This document shows, piece by piece, positions 49,015 through 60,983 of a stretch of DNA of 64,000 bases. Within the stretch, counting starts at the first letter, position 1, and the number at the start of each line of letters is the position of its first letter. Position numbers and translations under genes: made by a program. The notes beneath the pieces were generated by a model. It saw only the letters and a program-made list of their open reading frames with translations. It had not been told where the DNA came from and did not search any database. Origin of the DNA: a virus (Duplodnaviria > Caudoviricetes); the IMG/VR virus record IMGVR_UViG_3300021400_000347, positions 32,001 to 96,000 of that record, one strand, 5' to 3'.

Positions 49015-49576
49015 GAATCTAATACCACATAGAATAACCACCAATCTAAGGTGACAAAGTTAAAGCGGATGCGCGCACGAACTATAATGTTCCAATGCCA
49101 CTAATTTGCGCTTCATTGAACATTTTGTCTAATTCTTGCATAATCAAATATGGCCGCAACGAACGTGAGTTAGTGTTATTCCACTTTATAATATCATCAT
49201 AACTACTATCGTCTACTGGTGGAATAATTTTACTTCCATCTATTACCCACTCATCATATGGGCAGGCAATATCAAAACGAATTGTAGACACCTTAAACTC
49301 GGGGTTAATCTAATTTACAATAAAATCATTGAATAAAACTGTAATGTATGACATCTTTTCTACGCTATCATCATAGATTTTAGGAACAATTAATATCTAT
49401 TTATGTAACAAGTCCATGCCATCTATATCTTCATATTTTTCAGTATTAAATGGATCACGAACCTGATATTTAAGTAGTCGACAGATATTTTGATTATTCA
49501 TAATTCTAAGCGCTATTTTGAACATATTATTGCCCATAACAGCAAAACGGCGTTGTCCAGCAATTTCTTTACTCAT
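49001..49576 (-). CDS. Neck/tail-completion protein, TAG-containing
   Basis: GGGGAG RBS, 191 aa with TAG read as sense, synteny. Confidence 0.6.
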
Positions 49577-49588
49577 TTAGATCTCCCC

Positions 49589-50839
49589 TTATGTCCATAG
49601 AGAACGGATTTCAATTTCTTTTTCAATGATTTGTCCATTTACTGATGCTTGTAAAATAAACGTACTAGACTTATTACGCTTCTTAACAGTAACCTTAGCT
49701 GAATTATCTTCTTTATTAACCTCTAAAACAAGGTACTTATCATCTTCAGGATCTGTATTTGGAGCAATATTCCATGTATATGAAGCGCCTAACTCATAAT
49801 CTTTTAAAGTATAAATTGCATACCAACCCTCACGAATATAATCGTTACCAACAATCACTGGTGTACGTGCTATATTTGCGCCTTGTTCTACAATAGTACA
49901 AGTAAAAGAATTAGTTTCACTATTAATTATTGCGGTAGGATAATTCTTAAAATTCACAGTCACTTTAACAGTGCCTGGATGTTTAGCAATTAATCCGCCA
50001 TCAGTAGTATCTAAATACCACGTATCAGCAATATCATAATTAAACTCATAAGAAGCATCGCGCTCAAATACTACATTATTCTTCATGACAATAATGTCTG
50101 GAGTAAAAGTCATACCAACTGCAATTTCAGTTGGGGCTTTAATAATAAATGAATATTGCGCTTCTTTATCAGTATCAGCAAGTGGTTCATCTAAATCATC
50201 ATAAATGAAATTTACTTTATTCTCTGTCAAAGACATATAAATAGTTCCTGGCACACTAGAAAAATCTGCTTCAATCATATTCCAAGACTCATTCTATACA
50301 ATAAAATTTGTAGAACGATCTACTGGATAATACGGCATAACAATTTCTGCATATTTATTAGGTTGAGGAGTAATTAAGTTATGCCATGTTCTATAATTAC
50401 CCTTAACTTTACTATCTACTGAACTGACGAAATAGGCCCACGACTATTGCCTATGTCCCTATCCATCAATCCACTTAAGCAAGTAATTACACCTAACAAT
50501 GAAAAATGTTCTATAAGTGCCATTTACTTTCTTTTCTTCTTGCAGTAGCAACCATTTCTCGATTGAGCCGTCATCAATCGTCCAATTCATAATATCTCCG
50601 ACTTTTAAAGGAATATCGTTAGCTACATTTAAATACATATCTTTACGATATTCTTTATCAACTTTTGTTAGGATAATTCCATCAAAATGTATTCCTCGTT
50701 CAACAGATAACTCTCGAACGGTATGAGGCGATTCTGCCATCCATTTATAAAAAGAGCGAATCCCGCCCTCGCGAATACGTTCAGCGGTCGTTTCACCCAG
50801 ATGGTTCACGCGCGCGAAAAATACATCACGATAACTCAT
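49589..50839 (-). CDS. Head-closure-like protein with C-terminal Ig-like domains, TAG-containing
   Basis: ORFs 50459-50860 and 49589-50278 are in frame. LKVGD...RCNYLLKWID and GLIAKHPGTVKVTV. Confidence 0.65.
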
Positions 50840-51101
50840 GTGGCTCTTCAAGGCCTCCAACTAAATTCATACACTCAAAAATTGTTTTACGAAAATACTC
50901 ATAAGACAAGTGTCGTAATGAATTTAGTTTGCCAATAATTGCCCAGTAATTTATTGAATTCGCGCCCAAACCTTCCAATTCAATTATAATTGAATCCAAG
51001 AATTTTTCCCATTCACCGTCTTTTTCTTTCTCGCAAAGCAAACCATATAATCGGCCCTTCAATTTATTTATATAGCCTTCAAAAGTTTCGTCATACGACA
51101 T
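50826..51101 (-). CDS. Hypothetical neck-region protein
   Basis: 91 aa from MSYDETF, overlapping both neighbours. Confidence 0.6.
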   Translation of the reverse strand: MSYDETFEGYINKLKGRLYGLLCEKEKDGEWEKFLDSIIIELEGLGANSINYWAIIGKLNSLRHLSYEYFRKTIFECMNLVGGLEEPHELS

Positions 51102-51552
51102 TCTTTTTTCCTGCCAATTTCTTAAATAAATCTGCGGGATTCTTATTCCTAGACCGATCATAAATTCCCTCGGCCTTATGTACTTCAAGAGCAACCGCGG
51201 CCTCGAGTTTATTTAATTTATCTAAATGATTTGCTTGAGAGAAATCCTTATCTGCATATAATTGACGAATATTTTCCCAACTGGCAATACATCTTTTTAT
51301 CCATTCATGCTTCATATATAAAGCGAGAAGCTGAATTTCATCATTTGTTAAGTCACCAACGAATTGCCATCCATCCTGGTCGCTGCCCTACACAGTAAGG
51401 TCTACGCGAGGATATTTAAAACGGAATACAGCCATCTTTAAAAGCTCTTGCCAATCCCGCTCTACAATTGCAAGCTCTTCTTCAAGAGTCCATTCGTCTG
51501 CGGTTATTCTAGCTAAAAAAGCATCATAAATTGATAAAAATTGAGTAGCCAT
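51091..51552 (-). CDS. Head-tail adaptor-like protein (1 TAG)
   Basis: MATQFLSIYDAFLARIT...LTNDEIQLLALYM...DFSQANHL. TAATG overlap. Confidence 0.65.
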
Positions 51553-51992
51553 TACTTCTCTTCTGCCTGATGCTTGATACTAATAGCTTGAATAATATCA
51601 ACATCACAATATTTCTTAATTAGAGCGGCAAATGCATTATCAGTTATATTATTAGCTACAAGATATTGTATTACTGTCTCCCTCTCAGCGATAGAAGCAG
51701 TAGGAATAAATTTAGTAAAAGCAGCGTAATCTTTGTCATTAATCATCTTGATAATCTCGGTCGCTTCAAGAGCATGAGATGACTCAATAGCCTGTGTCTC
51801 TTCCTCGATGCCTTCAACCTTAATGTAACCAGTTTCAATAAGATTACGAATACCCGGATCAAACGCCAATTCATCATATTGCTCTTGAGTCAATGGAATT
51901 GAGCGGCCCGGTACCAGACTACGATTAAATCTAATATCTGGATAAGATAATGCTACAGTAGCAGAACTAATGTTTTTTAAAGTGATTCCCAT
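51552..51992 (-). CDS. Hypothetical virion-associated protein
   Basis: 146 aa after the capsid gene, AAGGAGG RBS. Confidence 0.65.
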   Translation of the reverse strand: MGITLKNISSATVALSYPDIRFNRSLVPGRSIPLTQEQYDELAFDPGIRNLIETGYIKVEGIEEETQAIESSHALEATEIIKMINDKDYAAFTKFIPTASIAERETVIQYLVANNITDNAFAALIKKYCDVDIIQAISIKHQAEEK

Positions 51993-52018
51993 AATAATAT
52001 CCTCCTTTTACTCGCAAT

Positions 52019-52043
52019 TGGGGCGGGATTAGCTCCCGCCCCA
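52019..52043 (-). terminator. Strong hairpin after capsid gene (attenuator or mRNA stabiliser)
   Basis: TGGGGCGGGA-5 nt-TCCCGCCCCA. Lacks a clear U-tract. Confidence 0.5.
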
Positions 52044-52055
52044 TATTAAATTATA

Positions 52056-53168
52056 TTAACCGTTTAAAGCTGCCTTCTCAGCTGCGGTCAATAGATTTTG
52101 GTTATAACTATACCAAGGATTGCCATCCTGAGCAGTACCAGCAAGGCTGCCATTGTAATAGATACCCCAATAATTAGGAGTGCCAACTACAGCAATACCA
52201 ACCTTTAGATAACCCTGTAGAACGATGCTATTATCGCCCTCATGGTCATCCCAAGTACGGAAGTAAGGAGAGCCCTCAAAGCCTAGCTTTACAATCTTGC
52301 TATTTTGGCCAGTAGGCATAACATAAGCAAAGCAAGGATTCATAACAGTCTTCTCATTCTTCTCGTCAGTATAGGACTGTGGTAGTACTACTACAGGTAC
52401 GCCACGGAAACGACCGATATAGCCGCGCTCGCGCACCTCTAGCATATCCTGATCAGAAATCTTGACGGTGCTATTATAAACAATAGCATTTACCATCTCA
52501 GCAGCAAACTCGGGAGTGCAATAGATAACAGGATCGCCATAAGCGCGCACGGTGTTGCAAAGCTTTACCATAGCGGCGGGATCAAATGTATTAGACACAA
52601 CCTTGTTAGCAGCTGGACGACCAGCCTGATTCCAAGTATTTAGTAGGGCTTCCTGAACCATCTCAAAGATACGGTCAGTAATACCTTGCTGAATGATCTC
52701 ATAGATGTCAGTAATGCTCTCTAGACCATCTAGATAACGCTCAAAGTCAACGTAACCGGCGCCACCAATAGCCATTGGATAAACGTCAAAACGGTCACGG
52801 TCTAGACGGAAAGTCTCATAGTTGCCAGACTCGGTAGCACGAGTTACAAACTGGCGGCCACGTTGCTTACCACGGGTTACATGGAACTCAAGGCGATCGC
52901 CTTGGCCAACGCGGATAATTTCGCAGAACATATCTAGAGCATTCTCTAGGCTGCGAGGAAGAACCTCTTCGAGATTCTGGGTTAGTAGTTCAAATAGGTC
53001 AATCTTGTTGCGCTCAAACTTATAGCGATTTAGACGACCCTTGTCATCACATAGAAGCTTTACTAGCTCATCATGTAGAGCAGCTTCATAATCGTAATCG
53101 GCGGCTGCGAACTCAGCAGGAACCTTGCGGCCGAATACACCATTCATTAAAATCTGTAGATTATTCAT
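52056..53168 (-). CDS. Major capsid protein
   Basis: 370 aa after scaffold and decoration genes, GYIGRFRGVPVVVLP motif, strong codon bias, GGGAGGTG RBS, no TAG. Confidence 0.85.
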   Translation of the reverse strand: MNNLQILMNGVFGRKVPAEFAAADYDYEAALHDELVKLLCDDKGRLNRYKFERNKIDLFELLTQNLEEVLPRSLENALDMFCEIIRVGQGDRLEFHVTRGKQRGRQFVTRATESGNYETFRLDRDRFDVYPMAIGGAGYVDFERYLDGLESITDIYEIIQQGITDRIFEMVQEALLNTWNQAGRPAANKVVSNTFDPAAMVKLCNTVRAYGDPVIYCTPEFAAEMVNAIVYNSTVKISDQDMLEVRERGYIGRFRGVPVVVLPQSYTDEKNEKTVMNPCFAYVMPTGQNSKIVKLGFEGSPYFRTWDDHEGDNSIVLQGYLKVGIAVVGTPNYWGIYYNGSLAGTAQDGNPWYSYNQNLLTAAEKAALNG

Positions 53169-53183
53169 AGTTCGCACCTCCCA

Positions 53184-53744
53184 TTATAGACTCACGATCT
53201 GATACTTAACAGCAGGCTCGCCGTTAGGTACTGTGTAGAATTTTACAACTCTGCCATAAATGCCAGAGCCGGGCTTGGTCTTGGTTAGCTGTGGTACAGC
53301 AGAACCAGCTACAGGAGCTACATATAGAGTATTAGCAGCTACACTTAGATCCTTCCGTAGATCAGCATAAAGAGCGTCAACAGTGGGCCAAGTACTATCA
53401 TTGTACTGTAGGCAGTTTGTAGTTACGGTATCACCAATGCCTAGGATACCTACGCGAGGATAATCACCAGCGACCTTGCGGCCGAAGGTCTTTAGACCAT
53501 AATGGAAAATGTCATATTCTTTCTCAGTAGTATATACAATACCAATTGGCTTGTCAGTAGCAGCGGCGGGTGGATTAATAGCACCAGCGGCCTTGTCAGC
53601 GACTACCCACATGCCATTCTCACAAGGAGCGTCAGCGGTAAAAGCAGAGCCTAGTGGAGTCTGAGAAACTACCATGCCAGTCTTTGGGAAAGCTACCTGA
53701 TTTAGCTCTAGAGTGGCATATTGTTCAACAGGAAATCTTTTCAT
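53184..53744 (-). CDS. Capsid decoration/cement-like protein
   Basis: 186 aa between scaffold and MCP, CENGM motif, no TAG. Confidence 0.6.
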   Translation of the reverse strand: MKRFPVEQYATLELNQVAFPKTGMVVSQTPLGSAFTADAPCENGMWVVADKAAGAINPPAAATDKPIGIVYTTEKEYDIFHYGLKTFGRKVAGDYPRVGILGIGDTVTTNCLQYNDSTWPTVDALYADLRKDLSVAANTLYVAPVAGSAVPQLTKTKPGSGIYGRVVKFYTVPNGEPAVKYQIVSL

Positions 53745-53758
53745 AGCTAAGTCCCTCC

Positions 53759-54991
53759 TTAATTTTTGCGATATTTTTTAATTAGTAAAGCGAATTGAGA
53801 CTCTTCAGGCTCTTGTAGTGGGACTTTCGCCACAGCAGGAGCTTCGTCAGCCATCTTCTTATGCGCAAAAACAATGGCTAATTTGCCTTCCAATTCTTCA
53901 TAAGACAAGTCGTTTACCTTGTCCTTAATTACATTAATTTCTTCCGCGTCAAGAATTTTTTCATACTTTTCTACTAGATTATTCTTTCTATCTAGTTCAG
54001 CCTTGGCAGCGGCTGCTTCATATGTTGCCACAGAAGCTTTTAGAGATTCATTAAGCGTTTTTAGATTATTAACTTCATTTGAAAGTTCGTCGCGAGAATT
54101 TACAACTTCCTCATAAAGAGCCTTTAGGTCAGTATAGTCCTTATTTAGCTTGTCAAAAGCAACCTGTAGCTCATTTACCTCGGGCTCAGCTACTTCTTCC
54201 TCTTCTACAGTTGGCTCTTCCGCGGAGAACTCCTCAGCAGGAGCTACCTCTGGCTCTTCAACCACGGGCTCTACCTCTGGCTCTTCTACAGCAGCAAATT
54301 CCTCAACTACAGTTTCAATTTCTTTATTCTCATCCATCGCTTTCTCCCCTCCTTCTTCAAGTTTCGCAACTCTTGATTTTAGATCAAGCAGTAAGCTTTC
54401 AAATTTTTCAAACTAACTATTATATTGTTCATCATTCTTAGAAAAGAATGAGGATACCGAAAAACATGGCTCATGCGCGCCAATTATACAGAAGCCAAGC
54501 ATATTAGCCTTTGTATAAACGAAATAATAATCATTATTAATTTCCGCCCAATCGCCTTCAATTGAATTAGGGTCTAATTCCATACTCTAATTCTAACCAC
54601 GAATATTACGAGCTTCCTCATAATAATCGGTAAATAATACGACAGAGAATGTCGCATAATCTCTTACAACACCATCGGTATCAGTCATTGGCTCCCATCC
54701 AAGGAAACTTTCTACATAACCATAACCATTGGCTAAAGTGGGCCCAGTATGTGAAGCCCAGGTTTTAGTTTCTGGGTCAAAAAAACCAACAACTGGAGTG
54801 CTACCATTAGTAGCACTTTGAATTAATTGCTCTGCCACGGCATCTGTAATATATGAACCATTCCTGTTCGCATATTTAGTAAATACCGCAACCTTTAGCC
54901 TGTTTAAATTAGGTTCGGATTCTGAAATCACTTGAATAGGTGAATCAACAACTTGTACGTCAAAATAAACTGGTATTTTTCTCTCATCCAT
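53759..54991 (-). CDS. Prohead protease fused in frame to acidic scaffold (3 TAG in the protease part; internal start at 54337)
   Basis: ANRNGSYI, PVVG, HT, G(Q)N(Q)SMEL and HEPCF, continuing in frame into the Glu-rich coiled-coil ORF 53759-54337. Confidence 0.8.
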
Positions 54992-55002
54992 TGTTATTCA
55001 CC

Positions 55003-56523
55003 TCATTGCTCTGCGCTAATGTTTTGTTGCGTACTTTCTTGCTTCTGCGCGTCTGGCACTTCTGTGCGGCCACCCTACTCATTTGTAGTAGTAGTAGTAC
55101 TAGTATTTGTACTAGAGCTAGATCCGCCACCACCAAAGGCACTACCAGAAGTTGTATAGGAAGATTGTAGTGGTACCATCTTAACAGACATTTTAAGAAT
55201 ATCGTTCTCAAAATTCATTAAGCTAAGCTGATCGCGCTGCTTCATACCCATCGCAACACCAGCATACATTTTAGAGTAGCCATATTGTGCTCCGCGGAAA
55301 TATAAGCCTTGTAATTCTTCTCTATTAAATACAGTAAGAGGAAGAATCTAAAAATCAAAGGTCAAACCAGCGCGCGAAAAACGCTCATTTATAAGATAGC
55401 AAATCCACGTTTCATATACGTTTAAATACGCATTCATTAATGCTTCGTCTTTTTTCATAGCCATAGCCAATGCTGCGCTGCCATCAGGATTGAATAGAAT
55501 GTGCGCCCGACCCATAGCATCCCAAGCATTGTTCTTATACTTGGTAATGCGGTCGCTAGACTGGGTTGCCGCGCTTGAATCCTACACGTTTTCTAGAGTC
55601 GTATCTCCAAAAGTAGTAAGCACATCAACAGTGTCAGTCTCGGATAGCATTTGCGCGATAGAACTATGTATGTCTGCTGTTTCAGTTAAGTCAAAGACAA
55701 GCTCGCCATTACTATCAATAGGCATCTTTTGAATGAGCAACTTATGTAGCTCATTCTCGTCACGCTTCTCTTCGCGCGCAACGGCGTCCGCGAGTTTCTT
55801 CAATTGAGGAATACTGGCAATTAATAACGGCATTCCATCTCCAGCGAAACTGAAACTAACGCCCCCGCTACTCGCGGGTAGTTCCACCCAGCAGCTAGTT
55901 TTCTTATTGCCTCGTATCCATGCTCGCCACGCCTTTTGAACCTCTTTAGGAAAAGTCGTAATGGCCTCTTCGCGCGCATTGTCGTCTACGATTTGTAGGA
56001 AGTAATTTAAATCAAATTCCAATATGTCTAAATTATGGAAGTCTTTAAATCTAACTCTACAATATTGCTGCGGCAAATCTTGAACAGTGACCAAATCACC
56101 ATCTTCGCGCAGGACACCGTAGTAAATACCATTTTTTAGCCATTCTGTTGTAATATGCGCCAAGGTGTTAGGCAAATCCATATTATCAATAAAAGTACAA
56201 GCGCGATAAAAAGCTTTTAGAATCTATTTATCCGAGCCTTTGCCTTCCTAATAAAGTGGAATCACTAGCGTTTCATAAAGTGGTAGATGCGCGAGGAAGT
56301 CAATGTTATTTCTATACTCACTATTAGTGCGATAATAATATCGCGATAATTCTCTTAAAGAAAGCAAGTCACCAGAGCGAATTATCTCTTCAATCTCTTC
56401 TATAGAAAAATCATGAGCGACAGCATCAGTCTATCTATATCCCCAACGATAATAAGATGATTGTGCTTTTATCGGGGTGCGTTTTATCTTCTCTCTAAAA
56501 GTTTGAAAGTCTTTTCCTTCCAT
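55003..56523 (-). CDS. Portal protein, ~506 aa, TAG-containing
   Basis: Lies between TerL and the protease. Fragments 55582-56181 and 55075-55269 are in frame. PLQSSYT motif, TGA stop. Confidence 0.78.
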
Positions 56524-56529
56524 AGCATA

Positions 56530-58296
56530 TCACCCCCTAGTATGTGGACTGAAAAAGATAAAATCTTTTATATTTTTTTTCTTATTACGCTTCTACATTT
56601 TATCTTCATAATACTTCACTCTGTAAAGTCCATATTCAAGAGCAGAGAAGCGGTCTTTTTCAATTGAGCGCGAAATACGTTCAATTTTAAACTAATTCTA
56701 AACGCCAGTAGCCTTAAGCCGCAAATTGTTTAGCTCGTCAATAAGCCTAGATGTCATCTCGTATGGCAATAGGAATACTCTTCTATCATACAAAGACATT
56801 TTTTTGCCTTTATTTGTATTCATTAATTTGTCTTTTACTATCCGTTCATGTGCTAGAAATTCTACGCTTCCGTTATTAATTTGTGTGAAAAAATTTGAAT
56901 GAATAATATCTTCATTCTGCGCGCCCGCTTTTATATCATAAATAATTGCGTTAAATTGCGGACGAGGTTCTTCAGCTTCAGCCTTCATCTCAGGAGGTAA
57001 ATGATGGTCGTTATTAAAGACAAAATATGGTGGAAAAGTCTCACCAGTTTTTATATCTACAGACGCAACAGCCATAGCATCTAGCAAACCAATACCAGGG
57101 CCATTACCGTCAATAACAATCTCTCGAGGATTAAAAAGCTAAATTAATTTTTTCAAACGAGGCGCTTGTTCAGTTATATAATTCGCGCCGTGTATAATCT
57201 CAGTATACACTACCCTTTTCGCGCACATGTTCTACTGTGGCAAAACCTTGATAACCATAATAGCAGTGTTCGCTGAATAGCGTGCAACGTCCACTCCTAT
57301 TATATAATAGGTATTAGGATTAGTGGGATTCTCCTATGCTTTCCTCTCACATTTTAACAAAGTTCTTCTTTTATTTAATCGTTTAGAATCAAGCCAAGCA
57401 TCTTTGTTGTTACCAGACCAGATTGATAGAGATTCGCGCGCAAAGCTTTCCTCGCTTACGGTGTTGGAATAACGCTGGTCCATCAATGTAGCCTTATCTA
57501 GAAGTCCATAATGTAATGGTACTTCATATGATAGCCCCCAGCAGAAATACTCTTTCGGCCGCAGCACGGCATTTACTGCGCACTCAATGAGTTTACTATA
57601 CATAAAAACAGTACGTTCTGCGGCGGTAGTAATGAAAATTTGTGTACTTGATGGCTCCTCTGGATTTAAAGAACCATCTACTTCGTGACGTTTAATGTTC
57701 ATTTGCGGCCAAAGTACTTCATTGTATGATGTCTCATCAATTAGAGCGCACTCCTCCAGGATGGCTGCGTTCGCGCGCAAACCACGAGAAGTATCTTTAG
57801 AAACAACTGTAATTTGGCTGCCATTTTTAAACTTAAGCTCATAGTAGTTTGAACTAGACTTAATACCAGTTTTTCCGTCTTCTACTCGAGTAGCCAATTC
57901 TTTCCTAAGTAAAGGCCAATGGTTAAAGATTTCCTCGAACTTGGCTTCTGCGATTTTAATAACGGTTCCTTTAACGTCAGAGGCGAGCATTATAGTTGAG
58001 CCAGGCAGTAGGACTGCGCGCAGTACTGAAGCAAGGTATGCCGTGAATGATTTAGAGGTCGCGCGCGTGGCAGTCCAAAAGTGGTAGCGATAGCGCATAC
58101 AAGCGCGCAGCGCAATACGCTGATATGGAAGAAGATGAAAGTGCTTCGCGTCCGTGGTTGACTAAATTGTATCTAAGAATATATCTGGATACAGTATCCA
58201 CAAGTTCAAATATTTAGTAAATAGCTCTTCATTCGCGTCCAAAAACTCTCGAGTAAGAACGACGCCTTTTTCAATAGCAATCTCATTAGTCTCCAT
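56530..58296 (-). CDS. terL: Terminase large subunit, ~588 aa, TAG-containing
   Basis: LLPYQR, ATRATSKS, SRGLRANAAILEE, nuclease IGVDVAR, IDGNGPG and KDRFSA. Confidence 0.9.
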
Positions 58297-59221
58297 TTAA
58301 TTCACCTGCCAATTCGTCTTCGCCTTCGTACTGAATATCAGCAGTTTCATCAAACTCAACCTTCTCGTTCTCAATCTCTTCAAGACGCTCTGTCATATTG
58401 TAGCGTTCGCGCTTATCTTCAACCTGCTCCGCGAAGTTACCCTCATTAACAACCAGACGCTTCAAATAATTCTAAATATTCTCCATCATAAAGTCAATAG
58501 AATCTTTCGCTTCTGTATGCCATTTTGGATGCCAGCCCTTCTTCCCGTAGTAAACCATAAGCTCACCAACAGACTCGAAGTCGGCTGCGTTCTTTGCGCT
58601 CGTAGCCTCAAAGTGCGCGATTTTAATAATATTATCACGCGCGTCCATATCTTTCTTAATATCTTCGCCCGCGCGCAAACCCTTCTTAATGCGAAGCTCA
58701 ATTTCACAAAGGTCGCGCGCGTAGTGCTGTAAAATTGGAGTAGATACATTTTGTGTAGCAAGTATCTAATTATAGAAACTATCCAAGAAAAGCAATTCAT
58801 CATCTTTATACGCGGCTGACCACTCCTTACGGAGTCGGCGCATTTTTGCGTCCTAAATAGCTTTAATGTCCTCGTCAATCGTGCCCTATTCGCGCGCGAG
58901 ACGCCATCTTTCATTCTCGTCCGTCCACTAAAGTGAAGCATAGTGGTCGTTCGAGAGGAGGGAAAAGTAAGCAGTTAGCGTATGATCCTTATAGGTTGGA
59001 TATAACTATGTCCATTTATTCAAATCAAATGGTACATCAAGGTAGCGGCAAAGCCTATCAACTTCGCCCAAATTGCTCTGATCAACCATCTGCTCCAAGC
59101 AATTAGTACAAATAAGTGAAAGATGATTAGGGAAAAATTTGGATGGTGTTCGCGCAAATTCATTCTCCGGCTTTTCCTGTCTACATCTCATGCATCTACG
59201 TTTCTTTATTTCTTCTGTCAT
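58286..59221 (-). CDS. Zn-finger protein upstream of TerL (possible small terminase), ~311 aa, TAG-containing
   Basis: CMRC...CTNC, GGAGG RBS, fragments join in frame, acidic C-terminus. Confidence 0.6.
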
Positions 59222-60488
59222 GAGTTGGCTAACCTCCTTCAATACGCCTATTGCGTTCGCATTCCTTACAGGAAGATGAGAATCCATCTTTACGGCCCTT
59301 ATTCAAACAAAAGAACAACTTATGGCGTGGAAGCTCGCGGCCGCAGGTGGCGCATTTTTTACACTCCTCTAATGGGGTTTCAATTAACAGGCGATGACGC
59401 TGCGCGGCGTATGCTATTTTTTCCGGGATTTCTTTGGCCAAAATTGTACATAGGTAGTTTTCGGTATACTTAATGCCATACTTGACTTGGAGGTTATGAA
59501 CAATTTCGCCGTATGGTATTCGCGCGAGCTTTAAGTCAAGAATGTAGTTACGCGCCTCGGACAGATTGGCCATCGCGCGATAGCGTTCAAAATCAAGCAG
59601 AAGTGTATACCCATACGTATCCAATTTTTCGTGAAGCTAATCATAAAGGCCATCAAACTAATTAATTAAATGCTTAATATGGTTGGGGTTCTCCCAGTCA
59701 AAAGTATGCGGCTGAACCATCCACTTGTATTGGGGTTCGCCATTTGGGCCTTCGCGCACCTCATAGTCCTCAATGTTGCGGGAAACGCGCGAAGTTAGCG
59801 AATGGGCAATTTTTTCCTCAAGTTCCGCGCGCGAAATCCAATAGAAGGAGTCGGCCGTCCAGTCAACGAATTGGGTTTTTGGATGGTCTGCGCCCGCGAA
59901 GTGCAATGTAGGTTTAAATATGTCTTTTAGGTAGTACTAATGGCGGCGCATATCAATTAATTGATGCTTGAGCTGATATAGGCGATAACTATCCTTAAGG
60001 AGGGGAGTGTGGTCATCGTAAGGTACCTTGCCCTCATTAACGGCCACGATATGCTCTACGCGCGCAATATCATCCCAGAGTTGCTACATGCCGGGAATGT
60101 CGCTGTCGCCCGGATCGATTAGTTCGCCCGTTTTCTTATTATACTTGGGCTTGTTGATAGTGGGCTTTGGGCGTTTGTATACGGAACGTTTATTTGCGGA
60201 TTGAAGCTCCCGTTCGTCCGTTGCGGGGTTCTCCAGTATTTCGTCTAGGGAAAGAAGTTTCTCGTCTGCGGTCTTAAATGAATTGTAGCGTTTATTGTCG
60301 TCCGTCATTTCGCCACGCTACTTTGCGTTCTTGCCTTCTTCGTCCTTCCCATATAAGATGTAGTTGGCCATTTGCTCAAGTTCTGTATTAGTTGGATTTT
60401 TATCCAATGTATCCAATATATCATAAATAGCTTGAACGCGGTCAACGTCACGTTCAATGCTATAGTCTAATGAATATGCTTTTTTCAT
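59160..60488 (-). CDS. First gene of morphogenesis operon: HTH-like + C-terminal Zn finger, ~442 aa, TAG-containing
   Basis: Three ORF-track fragments are in frame with the ATG at 60488 (GAGGTG RBS). MANYILYGKD and CATC...CKEC. Confidence 0.7.
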
Positions 60489-60507
60489 GGGATCACCTCT
60501 TGAGTAT

Positions 60508-60537
60508 ATTATATCATAGGGGAACAGGAGAAGTCAA
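60508..60537 (-). promoter_or_regulatory. sigma-A promoter of morphogenesis operon
   Basis: TTGACT-18-TATAAT with TG extension. Confidence 0.7.
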
Positions 60538-60983
60538 GTATTTGGGTTGGGAGAAAGTTTGAAAATAAAAAAGTTGGTGGAATTTGGGGTAGGAAATAAA
60601 AAAAGTTGGTGGAAATTGGGGAGCGCCCCATCCGTTTGGGGTATAAAAATTACTTTTTTCCCGAAACTAACCCCCGGGACCTGGTTCAAAGCTAGAAACC
60701 TGGGCCTCGCCTCCACTTCCGCGGCGTTTCCTACCAAAATTTTCCTATTTCCACCCCGCTTTTTTCGCGGGCCCGCCTATTTCAAAATTGAGGCGCCCCC
60801 TATTTCAAAATTTTTATTCAAACGGGGGTGGTCTAAAATTTTCCAACCGGGGGTAGGCATTCAAACCGCACCGGGGGGGTACGTATTTCAAAACGCGCGC
60901 GCACGTGCGAGGAGGGTCGCGGATTTTCTAGGGCGTACCGTTTTGAATACCACGGGCCCGTTTCGTTTGGCCGGCCAGGCTTT

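Noticed and set aside
24736-60488. Pseudogenised or decayed prophage
   Set aside because: Interruptions are exclusively TAG with no frameshifts, which is recoding rather than decay.
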